A program made the translations under genes and the position numbers. A DNA stretch of 64,000 nt from Gaiellaceae bacterium (GTDB lineage Bacteria > Actinomycetota > Thermoleophilia > Gaiellales > Gaiellaceae): positions 18,189 to 82,188 of the forward strand of contig DASWEF010000070.1 in assembly GCA_036394855.1 (NCBI GenBank), given 5' to 3'. This document shows positions 45,693-54,645 of this stretch, one piece after another. The notes under the pieces were generated by a model. The model did not search any database and was not told the origin of the DNA. It saw only the letters and a program-made list of their open reading frames with translations. Within the stretch, counting starts at the first letter, position 1. The number at the start of each line of letters is the position of its first letter.

Positions 45693-46679
45693 GTGCGCGT
45701 ACTAGTCACGGGTGGCGCCGGGTTCATCGGCTCGCACTTCGTCAAGCGGATGCTGTCGGCCGGCGAAGACGTGGTCGTCCTTGACAAGTTCACCTATGCG
45801 GGAAACGAGGCCAACCTTCCCGACGGAGTGGACTGCCGCCGCGGCGACATCGCCGTGCGGGACGACGTCGACCAGATCGGGCACGTCCACGCAATCGTCA
45901 ACTTCGCCGCCGAGACGCACGTCGACCGCTCGATCTTCGGGCCGGAGGAGTTCGTGCGCACGGACGTGCTGGGCACGCTCGTCCTCCTCCAGGCTGCTCA
46001 GGAGCTGAGCGCGCGGCTCGTGCAGGTGTCGACGGACGAGGTCTACGGAGACGTCGAGCCCGGCTGGTCGTCCCGCGAAGACGACCCGCTGCGACCCTCG
46101 AGCCCCTACAGCGCCTCGAAGGCGGGCGGGGATCTGCAGGTGCTCGCCGCGGTGAGGACGTTCGGGGTGAACGCGTCGATCACGCGGAGCTCGAACACGT
46201 ACGGCCCGAATCAGTATCCGGAGAAGATCCTGCCGCTCTTCGCGACGAACGCACTCGACGGACACCCGCTGCCGCTCTACGGCGACGGGCGGCAGGTTCG
46301 GGACTGGCTGCACGTCGACGACCATTGCGCTGCGATCGAGCTCGTGCTCCGTCAAGGCGAAGCGGGTGAGGTCTACAACGTCGGCGCCAACGAGGAGCAC
46401 GAGAACGTAGAGCTGACGAAGATCATCATCGAGCACCTCGACGTCGATCCCTCGCTCGTCCGTCACGTCGAGGACCGGGCCGGACACGATCGCCGTTATT
46501 CGCTGGACACGACCAAGATCCGTGCACTCGGCTGGGAGCCGCGACGCGCCTGGGAGGAAGGCGTTCGCTCGACGATCGACTGGTATCGCGACAACCGAGA
46601 CTGGTGGGAGCAGATCAAGCGGTCGGAAAGCTTCCGCGGGTACTACGACCGGCAGTACGCGGCCCGGCTCGAGAGCTAG
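45693..46679 (+). CDS. rfbB: dTDP-glucose 4,6-dehydratase
   Basis: GTG 45693. VLVTGGAGFIGSHF, YSASKAGGDL. 328 aa. Confidence 0.9.
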   Translation: MRVLVTGGAGFIGSHFVKRMLSAGEDVVVLDKFTYAGNEANLPDGVDCRRGDIAVRDDVDQIGHVHAIVNFAAETHVDRSIFGPEEFVRTDVLGTLVLLQAAQELSARLVQVSTDEVYGDVEPGWSSREDDPLRPSSPYSASKAGGDLQVLAAVRTFGVNASITRSSNTYGPNQYPEKILPLFATNALDGHPLPLYGDGRQVRDWLHVDDHCAAIELVLRQGEAGEVYNVGANEEHENVELTKIIIEHLDVDPSLVRHVEDRAGHDRRYSLDTTKIRALGWEPRRAWEEGVRSTIDWYRDNRDWWEQIKRSESFRGYYDRQYAARLES

Positions 46680-48079
46680 CACTCCTCCTGCGCCTGCTCG
46701 CGCAGGCGGTCGATCGCGGCCTTCTGCCCTTCGAGCGACTCCGCGCGGTCGAGCAGTTCGAGCACGCCGTCGCAGTTGCCGAGCTGGAAGCGCGTGTAGG
46801 CCAGGTTGTAGCTCGCGTACGCCTCGGTCAGCGTGCCCGTGCCTCGGAGCCGCTCGACCGCGCGCTCGAGCAGCGGCAGCGCGCCTTCGAAGTCCCCTTC
46901 CTGCATCTTCGCGTAGCCCGCATCGTTCAGCGCAGTGCCGCTCGACACCGCACCGGGCGACGATGTCGGCGCGGTCGTGATCGTCACCGGCTTCTCGACG
47001 GTGGAGACCTGGCCCTGAGTCGTCACCGTCTTGACCTGCGTGACGACGGTCGTCGCCGCCTCGTCCGCGTTTGCACCGCGCGTGAGGAAATAAGCGAGCA
47101 ACGCGCCGGCGACGGCACCCGCCACGAGCAGGACTGCGAGGAGCGGCCAGGTCGCGGAGCGTGCAGGAAGAGGAACGGGGACAGGCCTCGTCGCCGTCGT
47201 GGCAGCTGCCGTGACCGGGAGGGCCCGAGTCGGCCCTGCGGCATCCGCGAACGCCGCGCGCAGAGCTGCGACGAAGTCGGCACATGTCTCGAAGCGCCGG
47301 CGCGGGTCCTTGGCGAGCGCGCGCTCGAAGACGGCGTCGAGCTCACGGGGCAGTCCGGTCCTCCCGGAGACGGACGGAACGGGCGCGTTCACATGGGCCG
47401 CCGCCTCGGCGGTGGGGCTTTCGGCGGCGAAGGGTCGAGCGCCGGTGAGCAGCTCGAAGGCGACGATGCCGAAGGCGTAGCGGTCGCTGGCAGGAGTCGC
47501 GCGCTCCCCCTGCGCCTGCTCGGGTGAGAGGTAACCCGCGGTTCCGAGCACCGTGCCCGTCATCGTCAGAGCCTCCATGCCCGCGGCGCTCGCGATGCCG
47601 AAGTCGGCAACATGGACGTTCCCCTCGCGGTCGAGCATGAGATTCGCCGGCTTCACGTCGCGATGAACGACGCCCTCGGCATGGGCCGCGTCGAGTGCGC
47701 TTGCGGCCTGCGCGAGCCAAGCGAAGACCTGTTGCGGCGACTGCGCACCCTTTCTGTGGACGAGATCGTCGAGCGAGCCGCCGCTCAAATACTCCATGAC
47801 GATGTACGGACGCTCCTTGTGCTCGCCGACGTCGAAGATCGTGACGATGTTCGGCTGACCGGAGAGCCGGGCGGCCGCCAGAGATTCGCGGGTGAAGCGT
47901 TCGCGCACGGCGTCGTCCTGCGCGTAGCGCTCGGCGAGGATCTTGATCGCCACCGTGCGCCCCAGCACCGAGTCCGTTGCGCGATAGATGTCGCCCATCG
48001 CGCCGCGCCCGATCTGCTCCGGGTCGCGATAGCGAGGCGGAAGGATGTCTGTGGACACAGCCAGGGCATGGTGGCGCAA
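46676..48079 (-). CDS. Ser/Thr protein kinase with TM helix and extracytoplasmic TPR-like domain
   Basis: GRGAMGDIY, VAIK, HRDVKPANLML, DFGIA. TM WPLLAVLLVAGAVAGALLAYF. TTG start is tentative. Confidence 0.9.
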   Translation of the reverse strand: MRHHALAVSTDILPPRYRDPEQIGRGAMGDIYRATDSVLGRTVAIKILAERYAQDDAVRERFTRESLAAARLSGQPNIVTIFDVGEHKERPYIVMEYLSGGSLDDLVHRKGAQSPQQVFAWLAQAASALDAAHAEGVVHRDVKPANLMLDREGNVHVADFGIASAAGMEALTMTGTVLGTAGYLSPEQAQGERATPASDRYAFGIVAFELLTGARPFAAESPTAEAAAHVNAPVPSVSGRTGLPRELDAVFERALAKDPRRRFETCADFVAALRAAFADAAGPTRALPVTAAATTATRPVPVPLPARSATWPLLAVLLVAGAVAGALLAYFLTRGANADEAATTVVTQVKTVTTQGQVSTVEKPVTITTAPTSSPGAVSSGTALNDAGYAKMQEGDFEGALPLLERAVERLRGTGTLTEAYASYNLAYTRFQLGNCDGVLELLDRAESLEGQKAAIDRLREQAQEEC

Positions 48080-48118
48080 ACGATGAGATCAGGGTTCCGT
48101 AAAGAAAACGTGCTGCTC

Positions 48119-49777
48119 ATGAAGCCCTTTGCTAGCCTCGTCCGAGTCCTCGCTGGGCTCAGCTCGATGCTGCGTCGAACGCTCGCACTCGCTTCCATCC
48201 TTTTGCTCGGCACCGGTCCGGCGGCCCCTGCGCGCGGAACCGAGCCGGTGGCGACCGGCACGGCCACGTTCGTCGTCACCGGCCACGGCTGGGGCCACGG
48301 CGTCGGTTTCAGCCAATACGGGGCGTATGGATACGCCCAGAAGGGCGTCGGCTACGCCAAGATCGTCCTCCACTATTTCCCGGGAACGGAGCTCGGCGAG
48401 GCGCCCGTCTCGCGTGTGCGGGTGCTCTTGACGAGCGGAGTCGCGATGCTGAAGATCGGATCGCTCGCAGACTTCCGGGTTCGCGACGCGACTGGAGTCG
48501 TCCACGACGTCGTCGCGGGGACGCACACGCTGACGCCGGCGCTCAAGCTGAAGGTAGACGGACAGGACAAGGCGAGCGCCCTCCCGGGCCCGTTGCTCTT
48601 CCAGCCAGGAGCCGCCCCGATCCAGCTCAAGCACCAGTACCGCGGCTCGATTCAGGTCGACGTCGCGAGCGGAAAGCTGCGGGCCGTCAACATGGTCGGG
48701 CTCGAGCAATATCTGTACGGCGTCGTACCCTCGGAGATGCCGTACACGTGGGCACCCGAGGCGCTGAAGGCGCAGGCCGTCGCAGCCCGTTCGTACGCTC
48801 TCGCAACGCGCCGAACCGGCGCGTTCGACCTCTATCCCGACACGCGCAGCCAGGTCTACCTCGGGCTCGAGCACGAGAAGCCGTCGACGAACGCAGCGGT
48901 CGACGCCACCGCCGGCAAGGTCGTGCTCTACCAGGGCGAGGTCGCGAGGACGTTCTTCTTCTCCACCTCGGGAGGACGCACGGCGTCCGCGGAGGACGTG
49001 TGGGGCGAGCCCGTGCCGTATCTCGTGTCGGTGCCTGACCCCTACGACTCGATCTCGCCGTACCACAACTGGGGACCCTTCTCGTTCACCGGCGCGAAGC
49101 TCGCGAAGGTGCTGAAGATGAAAGGGCGCGTCGTCGATCTGCAGCCGGAGCTCAACTCGTCCGGCCGGATCAAGTCCCTGAACGCCGTCGGGACGAAGGG
49201 CTCGCTCACGGTTCCCGGGACCGACCTGCGCAAGCGACTCGGACTGCGGTCGACGTGGTTCAGCGTCGGCGTTCTCTCTCTGAACGCACCGACCGTGCCT
49301 GTCGTCTACGGCTCGCGCGTGCGGCTGAACGGACTGGCGCGCGGGCTCTCGCAGGCCGTGCTACAACAGCGCGCGGGCAGCGACTGGCAGGCGGTCGGCA
49401 CCGTGAAGGCCGACAAGGAGGGCGCGCTCACCGTGGTCGTGAAGCCGACCCTCACGACGCAGTACCGGCTGGCCAGCGGCAAGGTGACCGCCGCGGCGGT
49501 TCGCGTACCCGTTGCATCTCTCGTTCGCTTCTATGCCGCGCGCACGCCGGACCAGCTGCGGGGCTACGTGCGGCCCGTCACGCTTGCGGGTGCGACGGTT
49601 CTGATCCAGCGCCAACAGGGATCCGGCTGGGCGACGGTCGCACGGACGACGGTCTCTGCAGACGGAACGTTCCTCGCGAAGCTGCAGCTCACCACCGGGG
49701 TGTATCGAGCGCGCGTCGGCTCCGGACACGGATTCGTCGCCGGCACGACACCGGAGCTCCAGGTCTCGACATCGTGA
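48119..49777 (+). CDS. SpoIID/LytB domain protein (secreted, 552 aa)
   Basis: ATG 48119. GHGWGHGVGFSQYGAYGYA, EQYLYGVVPSEMP, KAQAVAARSYAL, FFSTSGGRT. Confidence 0.85.
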   Translation: MKPFASLVRVLAGLSSMLRRTLALASILLLGTGPAAPARGTEPVATGTATFVVTGHGWGHGVGFSQYGAYGYAQKGVGYAKIVLHYFPGTELGEAPVSRVRVLLTSGVAMLKIGSLADFRVRDATGVVHDVVAGTHTLTPALKLKVDGQDKASALPGPLLFQPGAAPIQLKHQYRGSIQVDVASGKLRAVNMVGLEQYLYGVVPSEMPYTWAPEALKAQAVAARSYALATRRTGAFDLYPDTRSQVYLGLEHEKPSTNAAVDATAGKVVLYQGEVARTFFFSTSGGRTASAEDVWGEPVPYLVSVPDPYDSISPYHNWGPFSFTGAKLAKVLKMKGRVVDLQPELNSSGRIKSLNAVGTKGSLTVPGTDLRKRLGLRSTWFSVGVLSLNAPTVPVVYGSRVRLNGLARGLSQAVLQQRAGSDWQAVGTVKADKEGALTVVVKPTLTTQYRLASGKVTAAAVRVPVASLVRFYAARTPDQLRGYVRPVTLAGATVLIQRQQGSGWATVARTTVSADGTFLAKLQLTTGVYRARVGSGHGFVAGTTPELQVSTS

Positions 49778-51234
49778 GAACAGCTGCCGCTGCGGCGCTC
49801 GTGCTCGTGCTGGCGCCGTCGGCGCTCGCCGGTGCGTCTCGAACGAGCTTCACGCCGACCGACCCGCTCGCACCGCGCCAGTACTACCTCGCCCAGGACC
49901 ACGCCTTCGACGCGTTCCCCGCCGAGCTGCCCGTCCTCAACCCGGTCCGGGTGGCGATCATCGACTCCGGGCTCGACGGCGGCCATCCCGAGTTTCCCCG
50001 CTCGCGAATCTGGCAGGCGCGGACCTGGGTCGGCGGCAGCGCACTCACCGACGAGCAGGGCCACGGCACGTTCGTCGCGGGCATGATCGCGGCTGCGCTC
50101 AACAACAACGAAGGAATCGCGGGGATCGCCTTCCCCGCGCAGCTCGTGATCGCGAAGATCGCCCGCTCAGACCAGTCCATCGACGTCCGTGACGAAGCCG
50201 AGGCGATCCGCTGGGCCGTGGACGTCGGCGCGCGCGTGATCAACCTTTCGATCGGAGGGCTGCGCGACCCGTTCAATCCCAAGCTGGACACGTTTTCCCG
50301 CGCAGAGGCCGACGCGGTCGAGTACGCAGTTCGGCGCGGAGCCGTCCTCGTCGCCGCAGTCGGAAACGCGGACGAGGCACCGCAGACACCCTGGCCCTTT
50401 GCCAGCTATCCGGCGGCGCTCCCGCACGTGATCGGCGTGAGCGCACTCACGCCCACCGGCAACGTCCCCACCTTCTCCGACCGCGACCGGATCTACAACG
50501 ACGTCTCCGCGCCCGGGCAGGAGATCTACTCGACGCTGCCGCGCGCGCTGACCTCGTTCCGCCCGCTCTGCCAGAACCAGGGCTATTCCGACTGCGGTCC
50601 CGACGAGTTTCGCCATGCGGCGGGCACATCGTTCGCCGCGCCCCAGGTGACAGCGGCCGCAGCAGTTCTCCTCGCGCTCAAGCCCACTCTTCAGGCCGAC
50701 CAGGTGCTCAACATCCTGGAGCGCTCGTCGACCGACGTGAACGCCTCGAACGGCTGCAAGCAGTGCCCGCTGCAGCGGGACACGTTCAGCGGCTGGGGCC
50801 GGCTCGACGTCTCGAAGGCGATCGGCGCGCTCGACGGCGTGCTGCCGAACCCCGACCGATCGGAGCCGAACGACGACGCGGGCCGCAGTTCCGCCAGGCT
50901 GTCGGCCTCGGTCACGTCGGTCAAGGCGACGATCGATTTCTGGGACGACCAGATCGACGTCTATCGCATCTACCTCAGGAAAGGGCAGCGGCTGAAGCTC
51001 GCGCTCGACGGCCCGGAGGGAGTGAACTCGAATCTCCTGCTCTGGAAGCCGGGCACGAAGCGGGTCGGCGATCTCCGGACGCAGAATCGCCGCGCCGCCC
51101 AGTCGATCGGCCCGGGGGCGTCCCACAAGCTCGGCTATCGCGTGCCCGCGAAGGGCTGGTACTACATCGAGGTGAAGCTCGCCACCCGCGGCGCCGGACC
51201 GTACGAACTGACGATCAGCAGAACGAAGCGCTAG
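49774..51234 (+). CDS. secreted S8 subtilisin-family peptidase with C-terminal PPC-like domain
   Basis: GTGA overlap with the SpoIID stop. Triad AIIDSGLD / GHGTFVAG / GTSFAAP. C-terminal EPNDD...IDVYRIYL. Confidence 0.85.
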   Translation: MRTAAAAALVLVLAPSALAGASRTSFTPTDPLAPRQYYLAQDHAFDAFPAELPVLNPVRVAIIDSGLDGGHPEFPRSRIWQARTWVGGSALTDEQGHGTFVAGMIAAALNNNEGIAGIAFPAQLVIAKIARSDQSIDVRDEAEAIRWAVDVGARVINLSIGGLRDPFNPKLDTFSRAEADAVEYAVRRGAVLVAAVGNADEAPQTPWPFASYPAALPHVIGVSALTPTGNVPTFSDRDRIYNDVSAPGQEIYSTLPRALTSFRPLCQNQGYSDCGPDEFRHAAGTSFAAPQVTAAAAVLLALKPTLQADQVLNILERSSTDVNASNGCKQCPLQRDTFSGWGRLDVSKAIGALDGVLPNPDRSEPNDDAGRSSARLSASVTSVKATIDFWDDQIDVYRIYLRKGQRLKLALDGPEGVNSNLLLWKPGTKRVGDLRTQNRRAAQSIGPGASHKLGYRVPAKGWYYIEVKLATRGAGPYELTISRTKR

Positions 51235-51875
51235 CCGAGCAGCTCTTCCGGGGCGACCTCGCGAAGGACCCGCGCCGGATTGCCCACCACGACTACGCGC
51301 GGCGGCACGTCCTTCACCACCACTGCGCCTGCGCCGACGAATGCTTCCTCGCCGAGCTCGACCCCAGGGCAGAGGATCGCTCCAGCGCCGACGCGTGCGC
51401 CGCGACGAATCGTCGGCCCCTTCCTCAGCTCGTGCCGCCTCTCGGTGCGACCCATGAAGTTGTCGTTGGTCGTCTGGACGCACGGCGCGACGAAGACCTG
51501 CTCCTCGAGCGTCGAGTACGCGGTGATGTAGGCCATCGCCTGGATCTTCGTCAAGGCGCCGATCGTCGTGTCGTTCTCGATCAGCGTGCCCCGGCCGATG
51601 ACGACATCATCGCCGACGTCGCAGCGCTCTCGCACGCAGGCCTGATCTCCGACGATCACCCGCTCGCCGATTCGCGTTCCCGCGAAGACGATCGCGCCCG
51701 TGGAGACGATCGTTCCCGGTCCGAGCTCGAGCGGCGGAAGCTCCTCGCTCTTCGCCGTCGACCGAGATGAGAGGGAGGGCTGCTTCCCGACGACGGCGCC
51801 GTCGAGGATCCGGCAGCCGTCGCCGATCACCGTCCCGGGGTAGACGACGGCGGTCGGGGCGACTTCGGCGCTCAT
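51231..51875 (-). CDS. hexapeptide-repeat (LbH) sugar N-acetyltransferase, WbpD/WlbB-like
   Basis: 214 aa with repeated [LIV]G-x4 hexapeptides and ...VVVGNPARV end. Confidence 0.8.
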   Translation of the reverse strand: MSAEVAPTAVVYPGTVIGDGCRILDGAVVGKQPSLSSRSTAKSEELPPLELGPGTIVSTGAIVFAGTRIGERVIVGDQACVRERCDVGDDVVIGRGTLIENDTTIGALTKIQAMAYITAYSTLEEQVFVAPCVQTTNDNFMGRTERRHELRKGPTIRRGARVGAGAILCPGVELGEEAFVGAGAVVVKDVPPRVVVVGNPARVLREVAPEELLG

Positions 51876-52037
51876 CGGCCGATCTTCGGCCGATGAGCGG
51901 GGGAAGGGGCGAAGGGGGAAACCGGGAGGTTTCCCCGCCTGTTCTCCTCAGCCCACGCGGCGATCTCAGCGGCGCGGGGGCTGAGGCGTGACCGAAAGAA
52001 GGGGTCTCGTAGGGGAAACATGGTTTCCCCTACGAGA
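51870..52037. other. hairpin-saturated intercistronic spacer (four long perfect or near-perfect inverted repeats plus a G-tract)
   Basis: H1 51870-51898 (13 bp). G-runs 51899-51926. H2 51915-51936 (8 bp). H3 51946-51986 (14 bp, 1 mismatch). H4 52005-52037 (15 bp). H2 and H4 share the GGGGAAAC/GTTTCCCC core. Confidence 0.7.
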
Positions 52038-52059
52038 GCGAGCCGAAGGCGAGCGGCGC

Positions 52060-53037
52060 TCAAGCCGGAATTGCTTCCAGGGAAGCCTGCAGCTGTTCGA
52101 GCGCGCGCACGACGACGGCGCCGTCGCGGGCGGCGCGCAACGGGTCACCCTCGCCTGCGACGAGGTTGAGGAAGTGCTCGCACTCGAGGCGAAGCGGCTC
52201 GAGGAGCGGAACCTTCGGGCTGTAGATGTCCCCGGTCCGCGTGCGCCATTCTCCGAAGGTCGTCGTCGGCTCCTCGGGTGCCTTGTCGTACACCGTCACC
52301 TTGCGCTCCAGCTCCATGTCGTCGAACACGGCCATCTTGTCGCGGCCGACGACGGTGATCCGGCGGATCTTGTGTGGATCGAGCCACGAGAGGTGGAGGT
52401 GCGCGATCTTCCCCGATGGAAAACGCAGGTAGCAGAAGACGATGTCCTCAACCCGTGGATTGAGGAATGCGTGGCCGTGCGCCCAGACCTCGCTCGGCTC
52501 CTCGTCGATCAGGAAGAGGAGCACCGAGAGGTCGTGCACGCCGAGTGACCAGAGCGCGTTCTCATGCGTCCGGATCGTGCCGAGGTTCTGACGGTTGCCG
52601 TACACGCACAGCACGTCGCCGAGGTCGCCCGAGTCGACGATCTCCTTGAGCTTCCGCACTCCGGGGTGGTAGAGGAGGAGATGACCGGGCATCAGCACGC
52701 GTCCGCGCTCCTCCGCCAGCTCGCACAGGTCCTCCATCTCCGCACCGCGCATCGCGGGCGGCTTCTCGACGAAGACGTGCTTGTCCGCCTCCAGCGCGCG
52801 CCGGGCGAGGTCGTGGTGTGTCGGAACCGGCGTGGCCACGACCACCGCTTCGATCGTCTCGTCCGCGAGGATGTCGTCCACGCTCGACGTCATTCGGGCG
52901 GCCGGATAGCGGTGCGCAAGCTCGGCGCGCCGCTCGTCGTCGATGTCGCACAACCACACCAGCTCAGCGAGCTCGTCGAAGTTGCGGACGAGGTTCTTGC
53001 CCCACTGGCCGAGGCCTACCTGCGCGATGCGAGTCAT
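52060..53037 (-). CDS. Gfo/Idh/MocA-family oxidoreductase (WbpB-like)
   Basis: RIAQVGLGQWGKNL Rossmann N-terminus, EKPPA motif. 325 aa. Confidence 0.85.
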   Translation of the reverse strand: MTRIAQVGLGQWGKNLVRNFDELAELVWLCDIDDERRAELAHRYPAARMTSSVDDILADETIEAVVVATPVPTHHDLARRALEADKHVFVEKPPAMRGAEMEDLCELAEERGRVLMPGHLLLYHPGVRKLKEIVDSGDLGDVLCVYGNRQNLGTIRTHENALWSLGVHDLSVLLFLIDEEPSEVWAHGHAFLNPRVEDIVFCYLRFPSGKIAHLHLSWLDPHKIRRITVVGRDKMAVFDDMELERKVTVYDKAPEEPTTTFGEWRTRTGDIYSPKVPLLEPLRLECEHFLNLVAGEGDPLRAARDGAVVVRALEQLQASLEAIPA

Positions 53038-54294
53038 CTAGAGCTTCCAGACTTTCCCGTTCCCGGCGCCGTTCCTGCCGGTTGCATTGCGGAGGTCGAC
53101 GACGATCTGCGCGCGCTCGATCAGGTCGTCGTAGTCGATCGCGCTGTGCGCGGTCACGATGACCACGCAGTCATACTGCTCAGGCGCGTACTCGGCCGAT
53201 CGCATGCCGTCGAACTCGTTCACATGTGGATCGTGAAAGTCGATGTCTGCGCCGGCCTTGTGCAACAGCCGCATGATCTTCTCCGCGGGAGACTCGCGCA
53301 CGTCGTTGATGTCGGGCTTGTAGGAGACGCCCAGCACGAGGATGCGCGATCCGTTGAGCGACTTCTGCGCACCGTGGTTCAGCGCCTGCGAGATCAGCGA
53401 GCGGCAGAAGTAGGGCATGTTCGCATTCACCTTGCCCGCCAGCTCGATGAACTCGGTGTAGAAGTCGTACTCCCGCGCCTTCCACGTGAGATAGAAGGGA
53501 TCGATCGGGATGCAGTGGCCGCCGAGGCCGGGCCCGGGCTTGAAGCTCATGAATCCGAACGGCTTCGTCTCCGCCGCCTCGACGATCTCCCACACGTCGA
53601 CGTCCATCCGCTCGCAGAGCTGCGCGAGCTCGTTGACGAGCGCGATGTTGACGGCGCGGAAGATGTTCTCGAGCAGCTTCGTCATCTCGGCGGCCTCGGG
53701 GGAGGAGACGGGGACGACCGTCTCGACCGCGCTGCGGTAGAGCGCCGCGGCTCGCTCTGTGCAGGCAGGCGTCAGACCGCCGACGAGCTTGGGGGTGTTG
53801 CGGGTCGTCCAGTCGGTTCGGCCCGGATCGACGCGCTCGGGCGAGAACGCGAGGTGGAAATCCGTGCCTGCCTTCAGCCCGCTCTGTTCGAGGATGGGCT
53901 GGAGGCACTCGCGCGTGGTGCCCGGGTACGTGGTCGACTCCAGGACGACGACCTGGCCCTTTTGGAGGCGAGGCGCGATCTGCTCGGCCGCTCCGCGGAC
54001 GATCGTGAGGTCGGGCTCCCGCTGGCTCGAGAGGGGAGTGGGTAGAGCGATCAGAATCGCCTCCACGTCCTTGACGGCGTCGTAGTCGGTCGTCGCCACG
54101 ACACGGCCGTCGTCGACGAGCCTCTTCAGCGCCCCCGAGGAGACGTCGCCGATATGGCTTACTCCCCGGTTGATGCCCCCGACGACGGCGTCGTCGACGT
54201 CGACGAGCACGACGCTCTTGCCGGCGTCGGCGAAGACCTGTGCAAGCGGCATGCCGACGTATCCCGCTCCGACGATGGCGACCTCAGGCTTCAT
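53038..54294 (-). CDS. UDP-N-acetyl-sugar 6-dehydrogenase (WbpA/WecC-like nucleotide-sugar dehydrogenase)
   Basis: VAIVGAGYVGMPLA, GGHCIPIDP catalytic Cys. ATG 54294 preferred; ORF-track TTG at 54303 is possible. Confidence 0.9.
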   Translation of the reverse strand: MKPEVAIVGAGYVGMPLAQVFADAGKSVVLVDVDDAVVGGINRGVSHIGDVSSGALKRLVDDGRVVATTDYDAVKDVEAILIALPTPLSSQREPDLTIVRGAAEQIAPRLQKGQVVVLESTTYPGTTRECLQPILEQSGLKAGTDFHLAFSPERVDPGRTDWTTRNTPKLVGGLTPACTERAAALYRSAVETVVPVSSPEAAEMTKLLENIFRAVNIALVNELAQLCERMDVDVWEIVEAAETKPFGFMSFKPGPGLGGHCIPIDPFYLTWKAREYDFYTEFIELAGKVNANMPYFCRSLISQALNHGAQKSLNGSRILVLGVSYKPDINDVRESPAEKIMRLLHKAGADIDFHDPHVNEFDGMRSAEYAPEQYDCVVIVTAHSAIDYDDLIERAQIVVDLRNATGRNGAGNGKVWKL

Positions 54295-54325
54295 CGCGCG
54301 CAAGGCTATCGACGGCGCACCGCGG

Positions 54326-54378
54326 CTACACTTCGCACCCGCCTCGGACCGTTAGCTCAGCTGGTAGAGCAGCGGACT
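54326..54378 (+). pseudogene. duplicated tRNA-Lys leader plus 5' half (tRNA positions 1-33 only)
   Basis: 51 of 53 nt identical to 54511-54563. The homology stops at the anticodon loop, and no 3' half follows. Confidence 0.7.
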
Positions 54379-54530
54379 GAACGCGTCGAAGTCCGCCTCG
54401 GCCTACGGCCGAGCCATGCTGACTTCGACGCGATGCTGCTGGCGGAAAGCGGGGCTGACCACGACGGGCAAAGCCCGCCGCGGCGGCGACTGAACGAGAT
54501 CCGGCCGGCGCTACACTTCGCACCCGCCTC

Positions 54531-54603
54531 GGGCCGTTAGCTCAGCTGGTAGAGCAGGGGACTCTTAATCCCAAGGTCGCAGGTTCGATCCCTGCACGGC
54601 CCA
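54531..54603 (+). tRNA. tRNA-Lys (anticodon CUU)
   Basis: GGGCCGT-TA-GCTC-AGCTGGTA-GAGC-A-GGGGA-CTCTTAA-TCCCA-AGGTC-GCAGG-TTCGATC-CCTGC-ACGGCCC-A folds into a standard 73-nt cloverleaf. No encoded CCA. Confidence 0.9.
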
Positions 54604-54645
54604 CTGAACTTGGCAGTGCGCTGGTCCTATCGAGGTTTGAGTGGG

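Noticed and set aside
45702-47285. 527-aa minus-strand ORF across rfbB and the kinase 3' end.
   Set aside because: Antisense to rfbB (clear SDR motifs) and out of frame with the kinase. Arg-rich composition.
51899-52037. The repeated GGGGAAAC / GTTTCCCC units considered as a CRISPR-like array.
   Set aside because: There are only two units. They are arms of inverted repeats with unequal spacing, and no cas genes are present.
54346-54440. The first tRNA-like copy read as an intron-containing tRNA, a class II (long variable arm) tRNA, or tRNA-Sec.
   Set aside because: After position 33 there is no pairing partner giving a 7-nt anticodon loop. There is no T-arm (no GTTCGAATC-like loop with a matching stem) and no acceptor 3' strand. 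The GCGGA...TCCGC pairing leaves a 15-nt loop.
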